From an uncultured Candidatus Saccharibacteria bacterium (GTDB taxonomy: Bacteria; Patescibacteriota; Minisyncoccia; Phycocordibacterales; JAACPR01), in the NCBI GenBank assembly GCA_964402215.1, contig CAYOAT010000001.1, positions 70,703 through 134,702 on the forward strand: a DNA stretch of 64,000 bases, written 5' to 3'. The notes under the pieces were generated by a model. It made no database searches and was not told where the DNA came from. It saw only the letters and a list, made by a program, of their open reading frames with translations. Every line of letters begins with the position of its first letter. Positions within the stretch are counted from its first letter, which is position 1. The position numbers and the translations under genes were made by a program. This document shows positions 48,535 to 57,071 of the stretch, piece after piece.

Positions 48535-49866
48535 TTAAAACATCAACCATCCTGGCTTAAAGATGATTAAAATTCCAATTATTAACATAATTAATCCACC
48601 AATTAATCTTGAGGCACGAGCATATTTTGTTGTAATCCCTGTCATTTCCAACGTGACCATCGCCACAAAAAAGATAAACAAGTCATCGAGCATAAAAATT
48701 AAAATATAAAGTGAGATATACAAATAATATTGCCAAGTTGGTATCTGATTTAGGGCGAGTAGTTGAGTATAGACTGCGGGTAAACCGGCGGAACAAAGGA
48801 TTTCAACTAAATTGACTGCTGCCGCTAATAAAATAATTCCACCTAAAGCTAGCCACAAACTATTTTGATCAACAACAAGTCTCATCTTCTCAAAAACCTT
48901 TTTTCTTTTCTCGTCACCCGCTACTTTACATCCGCCATCTCTATTAAAAATAAATTCTTTGAGACTATAGCCACCGCCCAAAATCGCGATAATACCTATT
49001 AACATTCTAACCCAAATGACAAATCCTAAAAATAAAATTAGATTCAACCACGCAGACATAAACAAAAAATAAACTAGGGCTGATGACACAATAAAAACAG
49101 AACCCAATAACCACATCCTTTTTCTGTTTTTAATCCCAAGCAATAAACTAATAAGGAACAAGAGGGTCCACATTGCACACGGATTAAAGCCGTCCAAGGC
49201 CCCCATAATTATGGTCACCAAAGGTAGCGAAAAATCCGCCAAACTGATTTCTCCTAATAATGGAATATTGATTTTATTGTCTTGATTCGTTTTTGATTCT
49301 GGAACAGAATTATCAACAACATTATTTTCTTCATGCTCAATGACAGAAGTGGCGGTTTCTAAATTTTCAATAGAAGTATCTAAATCTGGATCAGAATTCG
49401 GCATCACTACATCATCAGAGATTACCAAATTAACAAGGCTGGGTTTCAAACCAACAATATTCGCAACTTGATCTGTACATTTACCCTTCAGACATTCTTC
49501 AAGTTTTTCTTCTATCTCCAAAGAAGTGATTCCACCGGCATAACCAACAAAAGCACTATCACCGATAACCAAAAACGGCACGCCACTAATATCAATATTT
49601 AATGTGCTGGCAACTTCCTTTAAAAGAGATAAATTGTTGTAATTATAATAAATTTCATATTCATAAATATTTAGATTTGGATATTTTTTATTTAAGGACT
49701 CATAAATATATTGCCTTTCTTGCGCACAATGAGGACACCCATCGCCATAAAAAAAATAAAGGTTTATAAAATTTTGAGATTGTGCATAAACATTTGATAA
49801 AAGGAAAAAAAATAAAATCACCGAGAAAACAATGCCAAGAACAAATTTTTTATAAAGAGTCAACAT
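48535..49866 (-). CDS. Glutaredoxin/thioredoxin domain fused to a CcdA/DsbD-like membrane domain
   Basis: Signal peptide, GCPHC, GVP, then a TM block with DGFNPCA and VEILCSAGLP. Confidence 0.8.
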   Translation of the reverse strand: MLTLYKKFVLGIVFSVILFFFLLSNVYAQSQNFINLYFFYGDGCPHCAQERQYIYESLNKKYPNLNIYEYEIYYNYNNLSLLKEVASTLNIDISGVPFLVIGDSAFVGYAGGITSLEIEEKLEECLKGKCTDQVANIVGLKPSLVNLVISDDVVMPNSDPDLDTSIENLETATSVIEHEENNVVDNSVPESKTNQDNKINIPLLGEISLADFSLPLVTIIMGALDGFNPCAMWTLLFLISLLLGIKNRKRMWLLGSVFIVSSALVYFLFMSAWLNLILFLGFVIWVRMLIGIIAILGGGYSLKEFIFNRDGGCKVAGDEKRKKVFEKMRLVVDQNSLWLALGGIILLAAAVNLVEILCSAGLPAVYTQLLALNQIPTWQYYLYISLYILIFMLDDLFIFFVAMVTLEMTGITTKYARASRLIGGLIMLIIGILIIFKPGWLMF

Positions 49867-49868
49867 AA

Positions 49869-50138
49869 TTATCTATCAAAATTTTTATGAATTATTTCAA
49901 TTAATTTTGTTTTATCAATTTCACCATTTAGTCGTAGAAATTCTACACCTTGTTTGTCTAAAAAAACAAAAGTCGGCAGGATGTTTGTAATATTATATTT
50001 TTCTACCATCTCTTTATCCTGATCAAAATCATAATATTCCGTTATTAATGCAGAATTCTCTGCCTCAATTTCTTTCCACCTTGGTTTCATCACGAGACAT
50101 CCTGGACACCAAACTGCACCAAATTTTAGCACTTTCAT
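49869..50138 (-). CDS. Thioredoxin family protein
   Basis: F.A.WCPGC, LPTFVF. Confidence 0.9.
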   Translation of the reverse strand: MKVLKFGAVWCPGCLVMKPRWKEIEAENSALITEYYDFDQDKEMVEKYNITNILPTFVFLDKQGVEFLRLNGEIDKTKLIEIIHKNFDR

Positions 50139-50150
50139 ATATTAAATATT

Positions 50151-50429
50151 TTAATTTTTAACTATTTTTATCGCCTTCCCATTAATCAATGAATCGGCAA
50201 TCTTTTTATATGCTGAATTAATAATTCTCTGATAGGTGCTTGCCGAGGTCTTCATCTCCTGTGCTGCTGATTCTTGATCTAGATCACTGACATATCTCAA
50301 TCGATATGCCTCAAGTTCTTCATGGGTAAGTTCAATAACAGCAAGGTTTCTCATTGGAATACCCTGTGGTTTAAAATATGTAACGTCAGGTCTAAATTGA
50401 ATTTTTCGACACAATCTTGGTCTTGGCAT
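50151..50429 (-). CDS. DUF134 family predicted DNA-binding protein
   Basis: MPRP...R.I...P....FKP.G.P, EELEA.RL, Q..AA..M..S..T..R, A.KKIA..L..GKAI.I. Confidence 0.88.
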   Translation of the reverse strand: MPRPRLCRKIQFRPDVTYFKPQGIPMRNLAVIELTHEELEAYRLRYVSDLDQESAAQEMKTSASTYQRIINSAYKKIADSLINGKAIKIVKN

Positions 50430-50495
50430 AACTAAATTATTATAGCAAATAATTAAAATCGCCCCATTTTATAGTAAAGCGATTTCAATTATAAT

Positions 50496-50702
50496 TTACG
50501 AGACTTTGTTTTGCGGAGAAGTTTGTCTTATTCCGTTTCCTCTCCTAATTCCACGTCCTCTTCCACCACCTCTTCCTGGTCCACCTACAGAAACTTGTCT
50601 ATTAGCTACATTTCCCTGTGGTGATTCATCTCCACATGATCCCATTCCACGACCAGTTTTTGGACCTTTTCCATTTGGGCCAGTCCTATCAAAATTTGGC
50701 AT
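50496..50702 (-). CDS. DUF5320 family Gly/Arg-rich small protein
   Basis: MP.FD.TGP.G.GP.TGRG.G.C followed by GRG repeats. Confidence 0.85.
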   Translation of the reverse strand: MPNFDRTGPNGKGPKTGRGMGSCGDESPQGNVANRQVSVGGPGRGGGRGRGIRRGNGIRQTSPQNKVS

Positions 50703-50748
50703 ATATATTTATATTATTGCTGTTAATAGATAGTTTATTCACTATCTA

Positions 50749-50768
50749 TTATGAGTATATACCCATAA
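50749..50768. promoter_or_regulatory. 20-bp palindromic operator upstream of the DUF5320-DUF134 operon
   Basis: TTATGAGTAT|ATACCCATAA (one mismatch), 46 bp upstream of the start codon. Confidence 0.65.
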
Positions 50769-50786
50769 CTATCTTGTGTCAAACAT

Positions 50787-50900
50787 CTTTTGCCACTTTT
50801 TGCCATGCTCGAGACTCGTCGATTTTGAAAACCAAAATATGCTAAAATAACATTACAGGACCTGGCCGAGAAAGGTTCTAACTCGAGGCTCTCCGCCAAG
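50787..50900 (+). repeat. att-like arm, copy B, ending in the 12-bp tRNA-Ser 3' duplicate (putative attR)
   Basis: See copy A; ends CTCTCCGCCAAG. Confidence 0.88.
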
Positions 50901-50959
50901 AAACATATTTCTAAAATCGAGACTGGAAAAGTCGGGGCGAGGCGCTATAATTTATAATT

Positions 50960-51130
50960 ATGATTAAAACTATATTAATTATTTTCTTAATTTTTATCTC
51001 TGCTGTAATAATTTATTTCATCCTTGGAAACCTTGGTATTGTGCCATTAAGACACTGTGATAGTGCTATGGGCCCATCAGGACAGATATATTTTTGTGAA
51101 TGGTATAGCGGACCACCAAGTATATATTGA
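50960..51130 (+). CDS. Small membrane-anchored protein (56 aa, two Cys); absent from the ORF track
   Basis: Manual translation MIKTILIIFLIFISAVIIYFILGNLGIVPLRHCDSAMGPSGQIYFCEWYSGPPSIY*, preceded by TATAAT boxes. Confidence 0.55.
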   Translation: MIKTILIIFLIFISAVIIYFILGNLGIVPLRHCDSAMGPSGQIYFCEWYSGPPSIY

Positions 51131-51132
51131 CT

Positions 51133-51405
51133 TTACTTTGCCAAACTCAACATAAATTCTTCTAAATCAGTTAATCTTTCAAGAGAAATATCAGTTGTTT
51201 TTTTAAGAAGTTTAATCCCCTGTCTAATTTCCTCCTTATCAATTCCAGCCTGGGATCCAGACTCGTACAGATGCCCCTCAAAAACCATTTTGGCTTTTTC
51301 ACGATCATTATTACTCCAGTCATGTGAAGACAAAAAAACCAAAACTCTTTCTTTAAATTCCGTTTCAGATACTATTGGTTTTGAACTACTCCAAAATAAT
51401 CCCAT
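51133..51405 (-). CDS. Hypothetical protein
   Basis: 90 aa ORF with ATG start filling the gap; no motif recognised. Confidence 0.65.
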   Translation of the reverse strand: MGLFWSSSKPIVSETEFKERVLVFLSSHDWSNNDREKAKMVFEGHLYESGSQAGIDKEEIRQGIKLLKKTTDISLERLTDLEEFMLSLAK

Positions 51406-51541
51406 GTTAGTTACAATTATTTGTTAATGAAGATATTATACCGGAAAGAACGACTATATAACAACAGCCTAAACCCCGTTTCAAACAAAACCTTGATAAT
51501 TTCGCTTCTCCTATTTGATAAAGATGCTAAAATTAGGACAA

Positions 51542-52561
51542 ATGATATTTTTTATACTTAATTCAATATTGGCGCTTGTTGGAGTTTATATTTCGCGAAT
51601 GATTTTTCTAAAGAAAAAATCATCTGAAAGTGTAGTTTGCTATATCGGCGGCAGCTGTGATGATGTCTTATCAAGTAAATTTTCAAAATTCTTTGGTGTT
51701 GGAATTGATATTTTTGGGATAATTTATTACTCCGTTTTATTTTTAGGATATCTTTATCTATCTATATTTAAACCTATGCCTGAAATTATCTTTGGTTTGT
51801 TTGTTATGGCCTTTATTGGTTTCTCTTTCTCTCTTTACTTGGTTTTTGTCCAAGCTTTGTATTTGAAAAAATGGTGTCTCAATTGTTTTTCTTCAGCCAT
51901 AAATTCAGTAATAATTTTTATTCTCGCATCAATTTCTTTTTCTGATTATTTTGGTGTCGTGGGAGTTTATCTTGCAGAAATGGTTAATACACTAAGCCTT
52001 GTTCATTTAATTGGAGTGGCAATAGGTGTCAGTGCTGCAACAATCGGTGGGTTTATGATTATTAATTTTTTGAAAGATTTTAAAATTGACAGTCATGAAG
52101 ATAGAAAATTAACAATTTTAGATCAAATCGTTTGGTTGGCGGTGGCTACCCTTCTCGTAGTTAATTTATGCTATTACATAATAGATCCTGAACTTTATTT
52201 TGGTTCATCACAATTTCTGTCGCAATTAGTCATTTTCATTGTTTTAATTATTAACAATGCTTTTCTAAGTCTCTATATTAATCCAAAACTTATTGGTATT
52301 AGAATTGATATGAAATCAATTAATGTCTTTAGAACATTTTGGCTTCGCCAGTGCGCACTAGCGATGGGTGTAATTTCTATTATTTCTTGGTATACAATCC
52401 TTTTTGTTTCCTTCTTTGCAAAAATAACCGACGACAGTATCATAAATGTCATCAGTTATTATGTTGCCATTACAATAATGGCAGTAATTGTAAGTCAGCT
52501 AGCTATCCTTCTTGTTGATAAAATAAAAATTACAAGCGATAATACATATAAGTTTAAATAA
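51542..52561 (+). CDS. Vitamin K epoxide reductase (VKOR) family protein with an extra C-terminal membrane domain
   Basis: C....SC..VLSS.FS.FFG and WCLNC motifs, then about five further TM helices. ATG at 51542 is preferred. Confidence 0.88.
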   Translation: MIFFILNSILALVGVYISRMIFLKKKSSESVVCYIGGSCDDVLSSKFSKFFGVGIDIFGIIYYSVLFLGYLYLSIFKPMPEIIFGLFVMAFIGFSFSLYLVFVQALYLKKWCLNCFSSAINSVIIFILASISFSDYFGVVGVYLAEMVNTLSLVHLIGVAIGVSAATIGGFMIINFLKDFKIDSHEDRKLTILDQIVWLAVATLLVVNLCYYIIDPELYFGSSQFLSQLVIFIVLIINNAFLSLYINPKLIGIRIDMKSINVFRTFWLRQCALAMGVISIISWYTILFVSFFAKITDDSIINVISYYVAITIMAVIVSQLAILLVDKIKITSDNTYKFK

Positions 52562-52562
52562 C

Positions 52563-53033
52563 ATGCCACAAAAAAGTATATCTTGGAGAGCATACGATCA
52601 CATTAAAGAAAAAAAATCAGAGGACTGGTTCTGGATTGTTGGGATTGTTGCAATTGCCATCGCCATACTTGCAATTTTCTTTAATAATATTTTATTTGCA
52701 CTTTTAATTGTATTGGCAGCTTTTTCTTCTTTTCTATTAGCACATAGCGCCCCAAGAGTAATTGATTATGAAATCAGCCGAAAAGGAATCCGTTCCGGTG
52801 ACGTAATTTATCCTTTTTCAAGTGTTGAATCTTTTTGGACAGTTGATGAAGATGGCTACGAAAGAGACAGAATACTGGTTAAATCAAAAAAATTCTTTAT
52901 GCCGATGATCACAATTCCTGTTGGAGATGGCGCAAATCTAGAGGAAGTTCGTGAATGTTTACTACAGTATTTAAAAGAAGAAGAACTGCACGAACCATTT
53001 TATGAATATTTAATGCACATTTTGGGTTTCTAA
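52563..53033 (+). CDS. Conserved-looking hypothetical membrane protein
   Basis: W.A......K..DWFW, two TM helices and a beta-rich C-terminal part. Confidence 0.7.
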   Translation: MPQKSISWRAYDHIKEKKSEDWFWIVGIVAIAIAILAIFFNNILFALLIVLAAFSSFLLAHSAPRVIDYEISRKGIRSGDVIYPFSSVESFWTVDEDGYERDRILVKSKKFFMPMITIPVGDGANLEEVRECLLQYLKEEELHEPFYEYLMHILGF

Positions 53034-53106
53034 TTTTTTATTTTCGCTTGATTTATATTGAAAAAGAAAATAGTATTCAATTTGCGATGTTTTTTTCGTA
53101 AATATC

Positions 53107-53178
53107 GTCCCCGTAGTTCAATGGATAGAATGCAAGATTGCGGATCTTGCGACCCAGGTTCGACTCCTGGCGGGGGCA
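53107..53178 (+). tRNA. tRNA-Arg(GCG)
   Basis: GTCCCCG/CGGGGGC acceptor, anticodon arm CAAGA-TT-GCG-GA-TCTTG, GGTTCGACTCC. Confidence 0.95.
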
Positions 53179-53210
53179 CAAAAAATATTTAAACAAGCTA
53201 TAATATTTGC

Positions 53211-54182
53211 ATGACAATTATATTTATAATAATTTTTCTTGTTTCTTGTCTGCTCTTGATGTTTGCTGGCGATTGGTTGATCAGGGCCCTTTCTAATGTT
53301 TCCGAATTTCTGGGCTGGAAAGAATTTACTGTGGCCTTTATTGTTATGTCCATTGCAACGGCTTCTCCTGAATTGTTTATTGGTATAGGATCGGCATTTC
53401 GTGGTATTCCAGAACTCTCACTTGGAAATATCATCGGCCAAAACATTATCCATTTTACTGTAGCTATTTTTATTTTAGTTTTAATTCGTGGAAGTTTCTC
53501 GGTAAGATCACCAGCCACAAAAACAGCAGCCTTTTTTTCTGCTTTTATGGCCGTATTCCCTCTTGTTTTAGTTCTTGATGGATCATTATCCAGAATTGAT
53601 GGGTTGATTTTAATTCTTTTGTTTATCGGCTACACATTTCGTTTAATAAGAAATTCTAAAAGACGTGTAATTATTTTCGACGAGCCAGACAATGCAATTT
53701 CCGAATCAAAATCTTTACTAAAAAACTTTGGTTTATTTATGAAAAATATTTGGTTTCTACTAATCGGTATTTTTATTTTGCTAGTAGCTTCGCAAGGAAT
53801 TATCAGTGCATCAACATATTTTGTTGGTTTTTTTAATATTCCATTTGTCGTTATGGGTGCAGTTATTGTAGGACTTGGAACGTCTTTACCTGAACTTTAT
53901 TTTTCTGCATTATCAGCAAGAAAAGGTGAAACGGAATTAATGGCTGGAAATTTACTTGGTTCAACAGTTGTTTCTACAAGTCTTGTGCTTGGAATCGTTT
54001 CGTTAATATCACCAATTACAAATATCACCTGGCATTCATATGCTGCGAGTAGAATATTTTTATTTATTTCTGTTTGTCTGTTTATCGCCTTTCTCTTATC
54101 TGATAAAAAGGTCAATAAAAAAGAAGCGGCGATATTACTTTCAGTTTATTTATTATTTATTATTTCTGAAACTCTTTTTTAG
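53211..54182 (+). CDS. Second calcium/sodium antiporter (CaCA) paralogue
   Basis: Alpha repeats ATASPEL...GNIIGQN and GTSLPEL...GNLLGS. Confidence 0.9.
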   Translation: MTIIFIIIFLVSCLLLMFAGDWLIRALSNVSEFLGWKEFTVAFIVMSIATASPELFIGIGSAFRGIPELSLGNIIGQNIIHFTVAIFILVLIRGSFSVRSPATKTAAFFSAFMAVFPLVLVLDGSLSRIDGLILILLFIGYTFRLIRNSKRRVIIFDEPDNAISESKSLLKNFGLFMKNIWFLLIGIFILLVASQGIISASTYFVGFFNIPFVVMGAVIVGLGTSLPELYFSALSARKGETELMAGNLLGSTVVSTSLVLGIVSLISPITNITWHSYAASRIFLFISVCLFIAFLLSDKKVNKKEAAILLSVYLLFIISETLF

Positions 54183-54197
54183 ACCGAGCGACAATTA

Positions 54198-54225
54198 TTG
54201 ACAAAGCCAGAATATTTTGCATAAT
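54198..54225 (+). promoter_or_regulatory. Sigma70-type promoter for the 54315 orphan gene
   Basis: TTGACA-16 nt-CATAAT; AAGGAG SD at ~54302. Confidence 0.6.
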
Positions 54226-54314
54226 GTTCCATGAATACGTTCCAGTTCATTGATTCGAATTTGATTTAAAAAAACAAAAAACGCTGAGAAATTAGCAAGA
54301 AAAGGAGCATCAGA

Positions 54315-54728
54315 ATGGATATTTCGAAATTGGCACAACGAGTGTTTATGGTCCTCGGAATCATTGGGGCGATTGCCATGATTGGGGTGACCGTTTCAAA
54401 CGCCAATAAAGAAAAAAAACAGCCGCCTACGCAGACCAAATCAGCCGACGAAGAACCGATGGGCTTTATCGCTGATCTGGGCTGGTATCCGATTGTTGGT
54501 ACTGTCCTTACAGAAACCAACAGTGGTTTGAACTTTATTGTGGTGTCCTTTAATGGAAATCTCGACGACGAGAAATCATACAGAAGGGCCTACATTTCAA
54601 AGGAAAATGTCGATGCCGATAACTGGGCTAAATCAAACCCAGAAACCGGACGCTATGAGGCCCACATTTACTATGAAGTTTTGCCCGGCAAAACAACCGG
54701 CGCCTTCATGGTCGAGTGGCCGAAATAG
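54315..54728 (+). CDS. Orphan secreted/membrane-anchored protein
   Basis: AAGGAG SD, N-terminal TM/signal, visibly higher GC than its neighbours, own terminator (ACCACAAC-ttcg-GTTGTGGT). Confidence 0.75.
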   Translation: MDISKLAQRVFMVLGIIGAIAMIGVTVSNANKEKKQPPTQTKSADEEPMGFIADLGWYPIVGTVLTETNSGLNFIVVSFNGNLDDEKSYRRAYISKENVDADNWAKSNPETGRYEAHIYYEVLPGKTTGAFMVEWPK

Positions 54729-54822
54729 AACAAGATAAATCCACTCAATACCACAACTTCGGTTGTGGTTTTTTAATTTCATATTAATACAAACAAAAAA
54801 CCGGCATTTGGCCGGCTTTTTA

Positions 54823-55101
54823 TTATTTCTTATCTGCGAATTTTACCTTTTTAATCTTTGCAACCAATCTCGATTTAGTTCTAGCCGCAGCATTTTTGTG
54901 AATAGTGTGCATTTTTGCAGCCTTATCAATTGCTGCATATGCTTCCCCAACCTTTTTCTCTGCTTCAGCAACTTTTTTCTCGCTTAATAATTTTTCAATA
55001 TCTTTTATGACAGCTTTATAAGCTCTTTTTCGGCGTAAGTTAAAAATCGCCTTTTTTTCTCCGGCGCGAATTGCTTTTTTTGCTGAACTTGTTATAGCCA
55101 T
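54823..55101 (-). CDS. rpsT: 30S ribosomal protein S20
   Basis: SAKKAIR, IDKAAK...IHKNAAARTKSRL. Confidence 0.96.
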   Translation of the reverse strand: MAITSSAKKAIRAGEKKAIFNLRRKRAYKAVIKDIEKLLSEKKVAEAEKKVGEAYAAIDKAAKMHTIHKNAAARTKSRLVAKIKKVKFADKK

Positions 55102-55176
55102 AGTGACAAAGACTTTACCAGACCTTTACATAAAAAGCAAATGATATTTTTGTAAGCCACGTGATATTATATACAT

Positions 55177-55743
55177 ATGATTGCTTATCTTTCAGGTAAA
55201 ATTATTGATTCAAATTTGGATTCAATTATCTTGGATGTTTCATCTGTTGGTTATCAAATTTTCGTTCTTGGAAAATTTATTCAAGAAATTAAAGCCAAAA
55301 AAGACATTTCACTTTGGATTCATCACGCAGTCCGCGAAGATTCCGAGAAATTATACGGTTTTAAAGATAAATCTGAACTTCTCATGTTTGAAATGCTCAT
55401 GACGATTTCTGGTATTGGACCAAAATCAGCACTTTCTATATTAAATACCGCGTCACTTGAAACTTTAACCGAAGGAATTCATTCTGGTGATGCCGCATAT
55501 CTGTCAAAAATTTCAGGAATAAGCCGAAAAAATTCAGAAAAAATTATAATAAACCTAAAAGATAAAATTGGTGTTGATTTATCTGGAAATGAAGGAGTTC
55601 AAAATCAAAATACAGTAGCAATTGACGCGCTTGTCTCTCTTGGATATTCTGAACGTGAATCCAGAGAAGTTGTTAGAAAAATTGGTAAAGCAGAGAATCC
55701 TGAGGAAATTATAAAGAAAGCTTTAAAGAAATTGAGTAATTAA
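55177..55743 (+). CDS. ruvA: Holliday junction branch migration protein RuvA
   Basis: MIAYLSG, VGY, VRED...LYGF, ISGIGPKSAL, ALVSLGY. Confidence 0.96.
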   Translation: MIAYLSGKIIDSNLDSIILDVSSVGYQIFVLGKFIQEIKAKKDISLWIHHAVREDSEKLYGFKDKSELLMFEMLMTISGIGPKSALSILNTASLETLTEGIHSGDAAYLSKISGISRKNSEKIIINLKDKIGVDLSGNEGVQNQNTVAIDALVSLGYSERESREVVRKIGKAENPEEIIKKALKKLSN

Positions 55744-55752
55744 AAGAATAAA

Positions 55753-57009
55753 ATGGAAAAGTTATTACGCACAGTAGAAAAATTTATACCAAAAAAACTT
55801 TTTAGAGCTGCTCAGCCTATTTATCATTATTTTTTGGCAATAGTTGGTGCCATAATTTATGGCTTCCCTGCTAGAAAACTTTTCGTCATTGGAATTACTG
55901 GTACAAAAGGTAAATCGACAACTGCCGAAGTAATTAATGCGATTTTAGAAGAAGCTGGATACAAAACCGCTCTTTGCAATACAATCCGCCATAAAATAGA
56001 TAAAGAATCTGTCTCAAACAGATTTAATATGTCGATGCCAGGAAGATTTTTTATTCAGAATTTTTTACATCGCGCGGTAAAAGCCGGATGTACACATGCG
56101 GTTGTTGAAATTACTTCTGAAGGATCAAAACAGTTCAGACATAAATTTGTTTGGCTTGATGTTTTTGTTTTTACTAACATCGTTCCTGAACACATAGAAT
56201 CTCATGGTTCATATAAAAAATACAAGGAAGCAAAATTGAGAATTGCCGATTTGGTTAAAAAGAAAAATGGAATAATTGTGGCAAATTCAGATAATGACGA
56301 GGCTGAAGATTTTCTAAAGAAAGCTAATATTGAAAAACAAATAAAATATTCACTTTCCGATGCAAAACCAATTGTTTATGGCCATGAAACTGAAATGCGA
56401 TTCAAGAGAAATATTTTATACACAAAACTTCCTGGAGAATTTAACGTTTACAATATTTTGGCCGCTGTCACAGTTGCCGACGCGATGGGAATTGATATTG
56501 AAATAATAAAACGTGCTGTAGAAAATCTGGTAGAAATTCCGGGGCGTGTACAAAAAATAAAACTTGGACAAAATTTTGATTTAATTGTTGATTATGCTCA
56601 CACAGCCGCTTCCCTCGAAGAACTTTACAAAGCTTTTCCTGGGAAAAACAAAATCTGTGTCCTCGGAAGTTCTGGTGGTGGACGAGATAGATGGAAGAGG
56701 CCGATCATGGGCAAAACTGCAGAAAATTATTGTTCAGAAATAATACTAACAAACGAAGATCCATATGATGAGGATCCAGAACAAATTGTTAATGAAATAA
56801 AAAATGGTCTAACTGAAAAAACAGCGAAAGTAATCATGGATCGCCGTGAAGCTATAAAAACGGCTATAAAACACGCTAAAAATGGCGATGTCATACTTAT
56901 AACTGGAAAAGGCACAGAACCATATCTTATGGAAGCAAACAACGTAAAAACCCCTTGGTCTGATTATAAAGTCGCTAAAGAAGAATTAGAAAAGATTCTC
57001 AATAAATAA
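55753..57009 (+). CDS. murE: Mur ligase, MurE-like
   Basis: GITGTKGKST, VVEITS, FTN..PEHIE.H, PGR, VDYAHT, GGRDR.KR, EDPYDE, ITGKG.E. Confidence 0.85.
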   Translation: MEKLLRTVEKFIPKKLFRAAQPIYHYFLAIVGAIIYGFPARKLFVIGITGTKGKSTTAEVINAILEEAGYKTALCNTIRHKIDKESVSNRFNMSMPGRFFIQNFLHRAVKAGCTHAVVEITSEGSKQFRHKFVWLDVFVFTNIVPEHIESHGSYKKYKEAKLRIADLVKKKNGIIVANSDNDEAEDFLKKANIEKQIKYSLSDAKPIVYGHETEMRFKRNILYTKLPGEFNVYNILAAVTVADAMGIDIEIIKRAVENLVEIPGRVQKIKLGQNFDLIVDYAHTAASLEELYKAFPGKNKICVLGSSGGGRDRWKRPIMGKTAENYCSEIILTNEDPYDEDPEQIVNEIKNGLTEKTAKVIMDRREAIKTAIKHAKNGDVILITGKGTEPYLMEANNVKTPWSDYKVAKEELEKILNK

Positions 57010-57071
57010 TTAGTTGTAATAGTTTTTGTTTTCACTTTTGCAGATTTATTTAAATCTGATAAACAATTGAT

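Larger units (their letters stand above)
39363..50900. mobile_element. Composite genomic island integrated at the tRNA-Ser 3' end
   Basis: The 12-bp tRNA end CTCTCCGCCAAG (39363-39374) recurs at 50889-50900, and CCGCCAAGTCG (39367-39377) recurs at 48473-48483. The interval holds a large serine recombinase and only accessory genes. Confidence 0.8.

Noticed and set aside
47690-50900. CRISPR array or CRISPR-Cas locus
   Set aside because: There are no regularly spaced repeats with unique spacers; only two long arms exist, and no cas1 or effector genes are present.
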